A stretch of DNA of 32,000 nucleotides from Oscillospiraceae bacterium (GTDB taxonomy: Bacteria; Bacillota; Clostridia; Oscillospirales; CAG-272): assembly GCA_015064445.1 (NCBI GenBank), contig SVSE01000004.1, positions 131,393 through 163,392 on the forward strand, read 5' to 3'. Position 1 is the stretch's first letter. Each line of letters opens with the position of its first letter. The notes under the pieces were generated by a model. That model did not search any database, was not told the origin of the DNA, and saw only the letters and a program-made list of their open reading frames with translations. The position numbers and the translations under genes are program-made. This document shows positions 8,769-18,233 of the stretch, in pieces.

Positions 8769-11309
8769 TTATTCAGCCTTTGGCGCATCCTCGGTAGCCT
8801 CTGGAGCTGTGTCTGTAGCATCTGCTACTACCTCGCCCTCGACTGCCTCGATTTCCTCTTCGTCTTCCTCTCTGTCTGTAAAGGTCATCTTCGCAACCTT
8901 ATTGCCCTCAGAGATTCTGATTACACGAACACCTGATGCGCTTCTATTATATACAGGAACCTCGTCAACATGAGTTCTTATAACAACACCTGCGTCGGTA
9001 ATTGCCATAATGTCATCCTCTACCGTTACAGCACCGATTGTTGCAAGCCTTCCTGTCTTATCGTTTACATTGTGTGCACGAACACCGAATATACCACGGT
9101 TTCTTGCCTCGAAGTCGCTAAACTCACTGCGCTTACCAAAGCCGTTTTCGGTAACTGTGAGAAGCTGCTTTGTATCATCAACGATAACTGCACCACAAAC
9201 CTCGTCATCTCCACGAAGCTCAATACCACGAACACCACGGGCAGTTCTACCAACGATAGAAACCTTGTCCTCGTTAAAGCGTACGCCCTGGCCGTTTCTT
9301 GATGCAATAAGAATATCGCTGTCGCCCTTAGTGTGTCCAACGAAGATAAGCTCATCGCCCTCGTCAAGATTGATTGCAATCTTTCCACCCTTGCGCTGAT
9401 ATTCATATTCCATAACTCTTGTGCGCTTAATTACGCCCTTGCGAGTTACCATTGTGAGATATTCATTCTCCTCGAAGGAATCAATTGCTATCATAGCAGT
9501 AACCTTTTCGCCCTTTTCGATTTCGATAATGTTGATAAGGTTAGCGCCCTTTGATGTTCTTGAGCCCTCTGGGATTCTATAAACCTTTCTTACGAAAATC
9601 TTACCATTGTCAGTAAACATAAGAAGGTGTGAGTGTGAATTTGCAACGAGAATGTTCTCAATGAAGTCCTCGTCCTTTGTGCCCATTGCGATAAGTCCCT
9701 TACCACCTCTGTGCTGTGCCTCGTAGGTGTCGGCAGGTACTCTCTTAATGTAGCCTGAATTTGTAAGAGTGATTACGCACTCGTGTCTTTCAATCAAGTC
9801 CTCAAGGTCGATTTCGTCCTCGCTGTCAACTATCTCTGTACGACGGTCGTCTGCGTATTTTCTCTTGATTTCCAAGAGCTCGCTCTTGATGATTTCTCTA
9901 ATCTTTTGTGGGTCAGCCAAGATACCGTTAAGCTCTGCAATAGTTGCGTGAAGCTTTTCAAGACGGTCCTCAACCTTTTGTCTTTCCATACCACTAAGGC
10001 GTCCGAGAGTCATTTCAACTATTGCCTGTGCCTGCTCATCACTTAGCAAGAAGCGCTCCGAGAGTCTTTCCTTTGCAACAGCTGTGCTTTCGCTTGAACG
10101 AATAATTGAGATTACCTCATCGATATTGTCAATAGCTATCTTATAGCCCTCGTAGATATGTGCCTCAGCCTGAGCCTTACGAAGCTCAAAGCGAGTTCTT
10201 CTCTCAACAACCTCCTCCTGGAACTTGATATACTCGCCCAAAATCTCACGAAGTCCAAGTGTCTTTGGCTCTCCGTTTACGAGCACGAGCATATTCATAG
10301 CGCAGGTGTCCTGAAGCTGTGTATTCTTGTAAAGCTGATTAAGAATTACCTGAAGGTTCGCATCACGGCGACACTCAATAACAATTCTCATACCAGCGCG
10401 TCCACTCTCGTCACGAATACCTGTAATTCCCTCTACGCGCTTGTCCTTAACGAGGTCAACCATCTTTTCGATAAGCTGGCTCTTGTTTACCATATAAGGG
10501 ATTTCAGTTACAACGATTCTGTGGTGCTCCTCATCACATTCAGCCTTGGAGCGAACTGCAACACGACCTCTACCTGTGGTGTATGCATCAAGAATTCCCT
10601 TCTTGCCATAGATTGTAGCATAGGTTGGGAAGTCTGGACCCTTTACATACTCCATCATTTCCTCAACTGTTGCCTCAGGATTGTCGATAAGATGAACTGT
10701 ACCGTCAATTACCTCGCCAAGGTTGTGCGGTGGAATATTTGTTGCCATACCAACTGCGATACCAACGCTTCCGTTTACAAGCACATTTGGGAAGCGAGAT
10801 GGGAGCACGGTTGGCTCCTTTCTCGAGTTATCGAAGTTAGGAACGAAGTCCACAACCTCTTTTTCGATATCTGCCATAAGCTCATTTGCGAGCTTAGACA
10901 TTCTTGCCTCTGTATAACGGTAAGCAGCAGCGCCATCGCCGTCAACATTACCGAAGTTTCCGTGTCCATCGATAAGTGGATGACGAAGTGAGAAGGGCTG
11001 TGCCATTCTTACCATTGTTCCGTATACGGCTTGGTCGCCGTGTGGATGATATCTACCAAGCACATTACCGACGGTTGTCGCCGATTTTCTAAAGGGCTTG
11101 TCAGATGTGAGGTGGTCCTCATACATTGCGTACATTACGCGTCTTTGTCCTGGCTTCATACCGTCACGAACATCAGGCAACGCACGGGAAACTATAACGC
11201 TCATTGAGTATTCAAGGAACGCTTCCTTTACTCTTGACTCAATGTTGCGATTTACTATCATCTGCTCGATATTCTCATAATCAAGCACATTGTGTTCTTT
11301 TTCTGCCAT
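8769..11309 (-). CDS. gyrA: DNA gyrase subunit A
   Basis: 846 aa with the active-site region [13 protein letters not shown], the N-terminal [18 protein letters not shown] motif, beta-pinwheel CTD repeats and an acidic tail. A GGAGGAG RBS lies upstream of ATG 11309. Confidence 0.97.
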   Translation of the reverse strand: MAEKEHNVLDYENIEQMIVNRNIESRVKEAFLEYSMSVIVSRALPDVRDGMKPGQRRVMYAMYEDHLTSDKPFRKSATTVGNVLGRYHPHGDQAVYGTMVRMAQPFSLRHPLIDGHGNFGNVDGDGAAAYRYTEARMSKLANELMADIEKEVVDFVPNFDNSRKEPTVLPSRFPNVLVNGSVGIAVGMATNIPPHNLGEVIDGTVHLIDNPEATVEEMMEYVKGPDFPTYATIYGKKGILDAYTTGRGRVAVRSKAECDEEHHRIVVTEIPYMVNKSQLIEKMVDLVKDKRVEGITGIRDESGRAGMRIVIECRRDANLQVILNQLYKNTQLQDTCAMNMLVLVNGEPKTLGLREILGEYIKFQEEVVERRTRFELRKAQAEAHIYEGYKIAIDNIDEVISIIRSSESTAVAKERLSERFLLSDEQAQAIVEMTLGRLSGMERQKVEDRLEKLHATIAELNGILADPQKIREIIKSELLEIKRKYADDRRTEIVDSEDEIDLEDLIERHECVITLTNSGYIKRVPADTYEAQHRGGKGLIAMGTKDEDFIENILVANSHSHLLMFTDNGKIFVRKVYRIPEGSRTSKGANLINIIEIEKGEKVTAMIAIDSFEENEYLTMVTRKGVIKRTRVMEYEYQRKGGKIAINLDEGDELIFVGHTKGDSDILIASRNGQGVRFNEDKVSIVGRTARGVRGIELRGDDEVCGAVIVDDTKQLLTVTENGFGKRSEFSDFEARNRGIFGVRAHNVNDKTGRLATIGAVTVEDDIMAITDAGVVIRTHVDEVPVYNRSASGVRVIRISEGNKVAKMTFTDREEDEEEIEAVEGEVVADATDTAPEATEDAPKAE

Positions 11310-11327
11310 ATGGCTCCTCCAATTGGC

Positions 11328-11885
11328 AAATGCGGAATTCGGAGTGCGGAATTCGGAATGTATCCGTTTCCTCTTCCTTGTCCGTTTTGCCTATCATTTA
11401 TTGTTTAAATTTTCCTTGGTGGTTTTGGTTATTGACACCAAAATACTACAAATTTCATCAATGTTATTGTATATGCTTTCAAATTCGTTTTGCGTAAGAT
11501 ATTCCGTTTTATACAGCAACCTTATCCAATAGCTTGTTTCGTTAGCTTCCTTCAAGGCAATGGTCATTTTTGTATAAAAATCCGCAGTTGTTTGAGCTTT
11601 TTGAGCCTCGAAAACATTTGCTCCCACGCTCGTTCCACACCTCAAAAGCTGTTTTGATAAAACCGTTTCTTTTTTCTTGGCTTTTAAGTAGTTGCACAGC
11701 TTTACTATTCTAACGGCGAAATCAAAGCTTTTTTCTTCTATTACATTTCCCATTTCGTTTCGCTCCAAATATCATTCCGCATTTCGCAGGCACGCGCCTG
11801 AGGCAAATTCCGCACTCACTTAGTAAGTATTGAACAACCCTCGCGAAGCAATCTCATTCCGAATTCCGAATTCCGCATTCCGAAT

Positions 11886-11887
<2 letters not shown>
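11328..11887 (-). mobile_element. Inverted-heptamer cassette 1 carrying a four-helix-bundle gene (IVS-like element)
   Basis: The left arm is aaatgcggaattcggagtgcggaattcggaatg (11328-11360). The right arm is cattccgaattccgaattccgcattccgaattt (11855-11887). They match 29/33 as reverse complements. The cargo is the CDS at 11394-11753 plus module M (about 11800-11854). Mobility is inferred, not shown. Confidence 0.55.
11394..11753 (-). CDS. Four-helix-bundle protein (23S rRNA intervening-sequence protein family)
   Basis: 119 aa with the family hallmarks FDFAVRIVKL..LLRCGTSVGANVFEA..KMTIALKEANET.YW. I prefer ATG 11753, which has a GGAG RBS inside the track's TTG-initiated extension. Confidence 0.85.
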   Translation of the reverse strand: MGNVIEEKSFDFAVRIVKLCNYLKAKKKETVLSKQLLRCGTSVGANVFEAQKAQTTADFYTKMTIALKEANETSYWIRLLYKTEYLTQNEFESIYNNIDEICSILVSITKTTKENLNNK

Positions 11888-13928
<2,041 letters not shown>

Positions 13929-13959
13929 TCAGAATTTTAAGCTTTTAGTCGGTATCTTT

Positions 13960-13968
13960 ATTTTATCA
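13960..13968 (-). promoter_or_regulatory. Putative extended -10 (TGaTAAAAT) upstream of gyrB
   Basis: The minus strand reads tatgTGaTAAAATaaag. There is no good -35. The same TGATAAAAT 9-mer occurs at three other putative promoters in the window. Confidence 0.35.
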
Positions 13969-14025
13969 CATAAAAACGGACAAAACGGACAACCTGAGAG
14001 CCTCTCAGCTCTATGCACCTGCGGT

Positions 14026-14191
14026 GATGAATTGATGCTAACGCATCATGAATTCTCGCTTCGCTCCATGAATCGAATTGCAACACCAAATGCCGAAGGC
14101 AATTCATGCGATTTATCGCAATTCATGACACGCAGTGTCAATTCATGCAACGCAGTTGCAATTCATTGTGAAATAGCAGGAGCTATTTCAC
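14026..14191. repeat. Hairpin-chain array C1 (CATGAAT / AATTCATG cores)
   Basis: AATTCATG/T cores lie at 14101, 14120, 14140 and 14160 (spacing 19-20 bp), each followed by a 10-11 nt palindrome. The left half carries inverted CATGAAT cores. Homologous arrays lie at 17518-17677 and 29219-29437. Confidence 0.8.
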
Positions 14192-14428
14192 ATATTCCGT
14201 GTGCGACCCAATCGTCGATGAATTAAACGGGCTCAAATACACCGTTTCATCTCTCATTACAACAAACGATTTCGGTAGCTCGTAGCCGAGCGCCCTCACG
14301 CGCCCGTGCGCCTGCGCGCGTGATAAAAAATTTCGCGTATGCACGGACACCGTGGACGAGTCAAGGTCAAATATCGCCACAATGTCGCACCTTCTTACGC
14401 TTTTATTGTTTCCAAGGTTTACATACAT
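14183..14428 (-). CDS. remB: DUF370 / RemB-like small protein
   Basis: 81 aa. The N-terminus MYVNLGNNKSVRRCDIVAIFDLDS resembles the DUF370 (RemA/RemB) family, and the position between recF and gyrB is conserved in Firmicutes. Confidence 0.6.
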   Translation of the reverse strand: MYVNLGNNKSVRRCDIVAIFDLDSSTVSVHTRNFLSRAQAHGRVRALGYELPKSFVVMRDETVYLSPFNSSTIGSHTEYVK

Positions 14429-14433
14429 AGAAA

Positions 14434-14919
14434 GTTCGAAGTGCGAAACGCGAAGTGCGAAGTTATCTCTTGCACGGGCATTCTCGCATATCCTTTAGTT
14501 ATTTTTAGAAATATTTTCCTTTGTGGTTTTAGTTATTGCTACCAGCATTCCACAAATTTCTCTTGCATCCTTTTCTATACTTTCAAATTCGCTATCTGAA
14601 AGATAGTCGGTTTCGTGTAAAAGATTGATCCAATAAATGGTTTCGTTTGCTTCCTTTAATGCAATAGACATTTTTGCATAAAAATCGGGCTTTGATTGTC
14701 CTTTTTCGGCTTCAACTACGTTTGCGCCGATACTCGTTCCCGCCTTTAGAAGTTGATTTAAAAGAATCAAGTTGCTCTTTTTTTCTTTTAAGTGGTCGTA
14801 TAGCTTTACGATTCTGGTTGCGAATTTGAAGCTTTTTTCCTCTATAATGCTATTCATTTTCGCCACCAACCTTGAATTTCGCGTTTTCAACTTCGCACTC
14901 CGCACTTCGCACTTCACAC
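14434..14919 (-). mobile_element. Inverted-heptamer cassette 2 carrying a four-helix-bundle gene
   Basis: The left arm is gttcgaagtgcgaaacgcgaagtgcgaagtt (14434-14464). The right arm is cttcgcactccgcacttcgcacttcacac (14891-14919). They match about 24/29 as reverse complements, in TTCGCAC-type heptamer units. Mobility is inferred. Confidence 0.55.
14495..14857 (-). CDS. Four-helix-bundle protein (23S rRNA intervening-sequence protein family), paralog 2
   Basis: 120 aa (MNSIIEEKSFKFATRIVKL..GTSIGANVVEA..KMSIALKEANETIYW), by eye about 60% identical to the 11394-11753 product. ATG 14857 has a GGTGG RBS and overlaps the recF 3' end by 8 nt. Confidence 0.85.
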   Translation of the reverse strand: MNSIIEEKSFKFATRIVKLYDHLKEKKSNLILLNQLLKAGTSIGANVVEAEKGQSKPDFYAKMSIALKEANETIYWINLLHETDYLSDSEFESIEKDAREICGMLVAITKTTKENISKNN

Positions 14920-16019
14920 TTTATTTTCTTTCCCTCGGAAAGATAAATAAAGCTCGTATCGCTCGCCTCGAAATGCTGTGGCTCACACGAGGTAATTATT
15001 ACCTGTCGATTATTTATATTTGAGAGCACATATGCGCGCCTTGTTGGGTCAAGCTCGCTCAACACATCATCAAGTAAGAACACAGGATACTCTCCTGTAT
15101 GCTCCCTTGAAATCTCGCCCTCTGCCATTTTCATAGCCAAGGCAAGCGACCTCTGCTGTCCCTGCGATGCGTAAAGTCGTGCGTCCTTACCGTTTATCTC
15201 GATTTTTAAGTCGTCCTTGTGTATTCCAAACAAGGTTGCGCCATATTTGTATTCTCTTTCGAGATTCTCCGAAAGAAGAGTTGCGTATCTGTTTTTGAGG
15301 CTCTCGCGTGAGTCAAAATCAACGCCCTGTGCGTTGGTTTCGTATGTGATGCTCGGCGTCTCTGCCCCACTCGTCATTTGAGAAAAGAATTCCTTAACCC
15401 ACTTGTCGAGCTTTCTTACATATTCGCATCTCGCATTCGCAATATCAGAGCAAAGTGAGGCAAGCTCACTCGAATAAAAGTCAAGCGTATCTCTGTATTG
15501 CTCCCTCTCGGTTGGCTCCATCTTGAGTATCGCGTTTCGAGAGGACATTACATTGTTATATCTCGCCATTAGCTTGATATATACAGGCTTTAGCTGGCTT
15601 ATCGCAACATCGAGGAAGTTTCTCCTCACGCTCGGTGAGTCGCTTATAATTCCAAGATGCGACGGGCAAAATAGCACAGCCCTAAACTCGCCTATTATGT
15701 CGGCAGTCCTCTGCACCCTGTTGCCGTTCTTGTAAAACGCCTTAGATGCGCTCCTCGATATCTCAGCGCCTATCTTTGTCGTCTCCGAGCGCTTCTCATA
15801 CTCCATGAGCGCGTAGGCGACGCTTTTGTCGAACATTATCATTTCCTTGTCCTTGAACGCACGGAAGCTCTTTCCACGCGCAAAAAGATATATAGATTCG
15901 ACTATGTTCGTCTTTCCCTGAGCATTTCGCCCGTAAATTACATTAACCGTCGGCGAAAACTCTATCAGCTCCTCGTCTATGTTCCTAAACGAGGTCAATT
16001 TTATATTTTTTACTATCAT
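14850..16019 (-). CDS. recF: DNA replication/repair protein RecF (C-terminus extended into a repeat arm)
   Basis: Walker A GRNAQGKTN, signature SQGQQRS and Walker B FLLDDVLSELD. The last 24 or so residues (KCEVRSAECEVENAKFKVGGENE) are encoded by the heptamer arm of cassette 2. Confidence 0.9.
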   Translation of the reverse strand: MIVKNIKLTSFRNIDEELIEFSPTVNVIYGRNAQGKTNIVESIYLFARGKSFRAFKDKEMIMFDKSVAYALMEYEKRSETTKIGAEISRSASKAFYKNGNRVQRTADIIGEFRAVLFCPSHLGIISDSPSVRRNFLDVAISQLKPVYIKLMARYNNVMSSRNAILKMEPTEREQYRDTLDFYSSELASLCSDIANARCEYVRKLDKWVKEFFSQMTSGAETPSITYETNAQGVDFDSRESLKNRYATLLSENLEREYKYGATLFGIHKDDLKIEINGKDARLYASQGQQRSLALAMKMAEGEISREHTGEYPVFLLDDVLSELDPTRRAYVLSNINNRQVIITSCEPQHFEASDTSFIYLSEGKKIKCEVRSAECEVENAKFKVGGENE

Positions 16020-16020
16020 A

Positions 16021-16075
16021 TGTTAATGTACTTTTTTCTTTAATGGAAGAAAAAAGCTACCAAAAAAGAAACTAA
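16021..16075 (-). repeat. Leader module D1, immediately upstream of the recF ATG
   Basis: The sequence cttttttctttaatggaagaaaaaagctaccaaaaaagaaac is about 70% identical to 17446-17499 upstream of dnaN. A polypyrimidine/polypurine hairpin has a second competing pyrimidine tract. Confidence 0.55.
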
Positions 16076-16146
16076 ACTAAGAATTATACGAATAAATAAA
16101 TTAGCGTATTTTAGACACCTTAGAGCAAGTAAGGTCCTCTCTTTCA

Positions 16147-16272
16147 TTCGATTGATTAGAACAAGTTAGGTTAGGCGCACCGCAGGCGACAGACGAAGGC
16201 TATCTTATGATAGTCGAGGTTGTCGGCGAGGAGCAACAACACATAACGCAGTTATAATCGGTCGAAATTAGT
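16147..16272 (-). repeat. Stop-codon-anchored imperfect-palindrome element, copy A2 (after dnaN)
   Basis: 126 nt. The flanks are identical to A1. The 45-nt core is only about 44% identical to the A1 core but can still form the same two stems. The repeat runs through the dnaN TAA. Confidence 0.85.
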
Positions 16273-17413
16273 TGTTCATTCTAATAGGCATAACGAAGTA
16301 CTTATATGTCGCCTCGTCCTTATTCTGTGGCTCGATGAGAACGCCCATGAGTGGATTATTATACGACATTTTTATTTCACAGTCGTCACATACACGGAGT
16401 GCGTCGAGCATAAAGCGACAGTTGAAGCCTATTACGATTTCTCCGTCGTCATCCTTTCTTATCGGAATTGTATCAAATACATTTCCGTTTGAGGATGTGG
16501 TTGACACCAAAAGCTCCTCGCCTACTGTGAATTTTACATATGAACGAACGCTTCCTGCAAGACGGTCCTCAACGATAAGTGAGCTTCTTTCAAGCGCGCC
16601 ACGAAGTGTTGCACTGTCAAGATATGTTACCACCTTGTGTGTTGATGGAAGAATTCTGTTATAGTCAATGTACTCGGAGTCGATGGTCTTTGAGAAGAAC
16701 ATATATGCGCCGAAGTGGAAAATGATATAACGACGGCTGATTCTTATCTCCATCTTCTCGTCTGTGTCCTTGGTCATCTTAAGAATGTCGCTTAAGGTCT
16801 TGCCAGGAACGATAAATTTAAGGTTGAGGGACATTCCGTCCTTGTTTCTGTTTTCGAGAACTATGTCCTTTTCACAATATGCAAGTCTGTTACCGTCGCA
16901 GGCAACGAGGAGCATATTGTCACTTGTAATCTTGAAGTATGCACCATTAAATACAGGGCGAGAGTCGTTTTGTCCTATCGCAAAGTATACTCTGTTTACA
17001 AGATTTCTGAAAAGGCTCTGCTCAATTATAAAGCCTCTGTCACCGATTACCTCTGGAAGTGGTGGGAACTGGTCGCCAGGGAGCGCCTTAATGTCAAAGT
17101 GTGATGGGCCAGACTCAATTTTGGTTGAGAATGTGTCGTCAACCGTCAAGCGAATGTCGCCAGCTGGCATTACCTTCATAATTTGAAGGAGTTTGTTCGC
17201 GTTGATTATTACATCGCCCTCCTCCTCTACATTTGCAATAATAGAGGTGCGGAAGCCCTTTTCAAGGTCCTGTGTTTCAATTTTGCACTTGCCATCCTCA
17301 GTACAGATAAGATGCACGCCCTCAATTGTCGCCATTGTGTTTTTTCCTGCTACGCAAAGAAGCGCTGGGCTGAGCGCGTTCATTAAAGTGTCTCTGTCAA
17401 AAATTACTACCAT
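16268..17413 (-). CDS. dnaN: DNA polymerase III beta sliding clamp
   Basis: Full-length beta-clamp-like sequence located between dnaA and recF. I prefer ATG 17413 (MVVIFDRDTLMNAL), which has a GGGAGAAAAG RBS, over the track start at 17467. Confidence 0.93.
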   Translation of the reverse strand: MVVIFDRDTLMNALSPALLCVAGKNTMATIEGVHLICTEDGKCKIETQDLEKGFRTSIIANVEEEGDVIINANKLLQIMKVMPAGDIRLTVDDTFSTKIESGPSHFDIKALPGDQFPPLPEVIGDRGFIIEQSLFRNLVNRVYFAIGQNDSRPVFNGAYFKITSDNMLLVACDGNRLAYCEKDIVLENRNKDGMSLNLKFIVPGKTLSDILKMTKDTDEKMEIRISRRYIIFHFGAYMFFSKTIDSEYIDYNRILPSTHKVVTYLDSATLRGALERSSLIVEDRLAGSVRSYVKFTVGEELLVSTTSSNGNVFDTIPIRKDDDGEIVIGFNCRFMLDALRVCDDCEIKMSYNNPLMGVLIEPQNKDEATYKYFVMPIRMNN

Positions 17414-17445
17414 ATCTTTTCTCCCATTTGTTAGTCGTATTTTTT

Positions 17446-17499
17446 TACATTCATTTTTCTTTAACAAAAGAAAAACGAACCAAAAAGAAAGTGAATGTA
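17446..17499 (-). repeat. Leader module D2, upstream of dnaN
   Basis: The sequence tacattcatttttctttaacaaaagaaaaacgaaccaaaaagaaagtgaatgta forms nested inverted repeats and is homologous to D1. Confidence 0.55.
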
Positions 17500-17517
17500 T
17501 TTTATATTAATTTAAAA

Positions 17518-17677
17518 ATGAATCGATGCATCGCATCATAAATTCTCGCTACGCTCCATGAATCGGCTTCGCCATGAATCGAATTGCAACCCAAATGCCG
17601 AAGGCAATTCATGCGACTTGTCGCAATTCATGACACGCAGTGTCGATTCACGCAACTGCTAGGTTGCAATTCATTGC
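17518..17677. repeat. Hairpin-chain array C2 (AATTCATG cores), abutting the DnaA-box cluster
   Basis: Cores lie at 17606, 17625, 17645 (gattcacg) and 17668, with spacing 19/20/23 bp. It is collinear with C1 and C3. Confidence 0.8.
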
Positions 17678-17683
17678 AAACCA

Positions 17684-18070
17684 CTTTCCACATTCGTGTT
17701 TTCACTTTCCACTCGGTGCGGTTTGATTTTTCCACATTTATCCACATCGGCGAAAAATCCGTTTGCCATAAGACTTTTTGTAGCCTTTCCACGCATAAGC
17801 TTTCCACAGTTGGTAATTTGGTGGATTGTTTCAAGATTTTTCCAACACACATTCCACGCATTTTTGCACTATGTTTTCCACTATATGAAGTGAGCAAATT
17901 TGCAGGAAAAATCCTCTTAAAAAGCGAGATTTCGGAGTTTTCCACGCTTTCCCTGTCCTCTACTACTACTCCTGCTAAGGAGTTAATATATATTAAGAAA
18001 AAACAAGAAAAAAGAAGTCGGGGCGGGGAAGCCCCCGCTATCAAATAAAACCGATGATTTATGTGGATAA
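17684..18070. other. oriC: oriC: DnaA-box cluster, DnaA-trio-like repeats and AT-rich unwinding element (dnaA-dnaN spacer)
   Basis: A perfect TTATCCACA lies at 17738-17746 and a perfect inverted TGTGGATAA at 18062-18070. Boxes with 1-2 mismatches, all in the same orientation, lie at 17684, 17704, 17728, 17785, 17800, 17837, 17850, 17874 and 17938. The tactactact tract at 17961-17970 reads TAGTAGTAG on the minus strand. An AT-rich stretch follows at 17981-18017. Confidence 0.85.
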
Positions 18071-18233
18071 CTCACAGTCGGGGCGGCCCGACAGCCGATA
18101 ATCCGTGTTTATCTTTACCTTTTTAAATTTTCAACTCATTCGTTTTTTATTCTCAAAGGCTAAATAGGGAATTATTTAATTTTATTTTCCCATATATTTT
18201 CTTTTTCCATATCGCCTCCGGGGGCGTCCCCGG

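Noticed and set aside
10158-10991. A 277-aa ORF antisense to gyrA, and similar long antisense ORFs at 2668-3183 in addA, 3777-4184 in pgsA and 16272-17186 in dnaN
   Set aside because: Each is fully embedded opposite a confidently identified conserved gene, and none has recognisable motifs. These are typical antisense open frames.
11204-11532. ORFs translating the heptamer arms (MRNSECGIRN.., ..ANAEFGVRNSEC..)
   Set aside because: These are read-through of tandem heptamers. They overlap the gyrA start and the antisense strand of the four-helix-bundle gene, and they have no translation signals.
14026-14191. Possible CRISPR array, suggested by regularly spaced short repeats with intervening sequences (the same applies to 17518-17677, 29219-29437 and 3570-3636)
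   Set aside because: The repeat cores are only 8-10 nt and the apparent spacers are 10-14 nt palindromes. The period is about 20 bp rather than 60-70 bp, the polarity switches within the array, and there are no cas genes.
17584-18048. Two overlapping ORFs of 138-154 aa on opposite strands in the dnaA-dnaN spacer
   Set aside because: They lie entirely in the DnaA-box/DUE region and repeat C2. They have no RBS and their sequence is low-complexity. The region is better explained as oriC.
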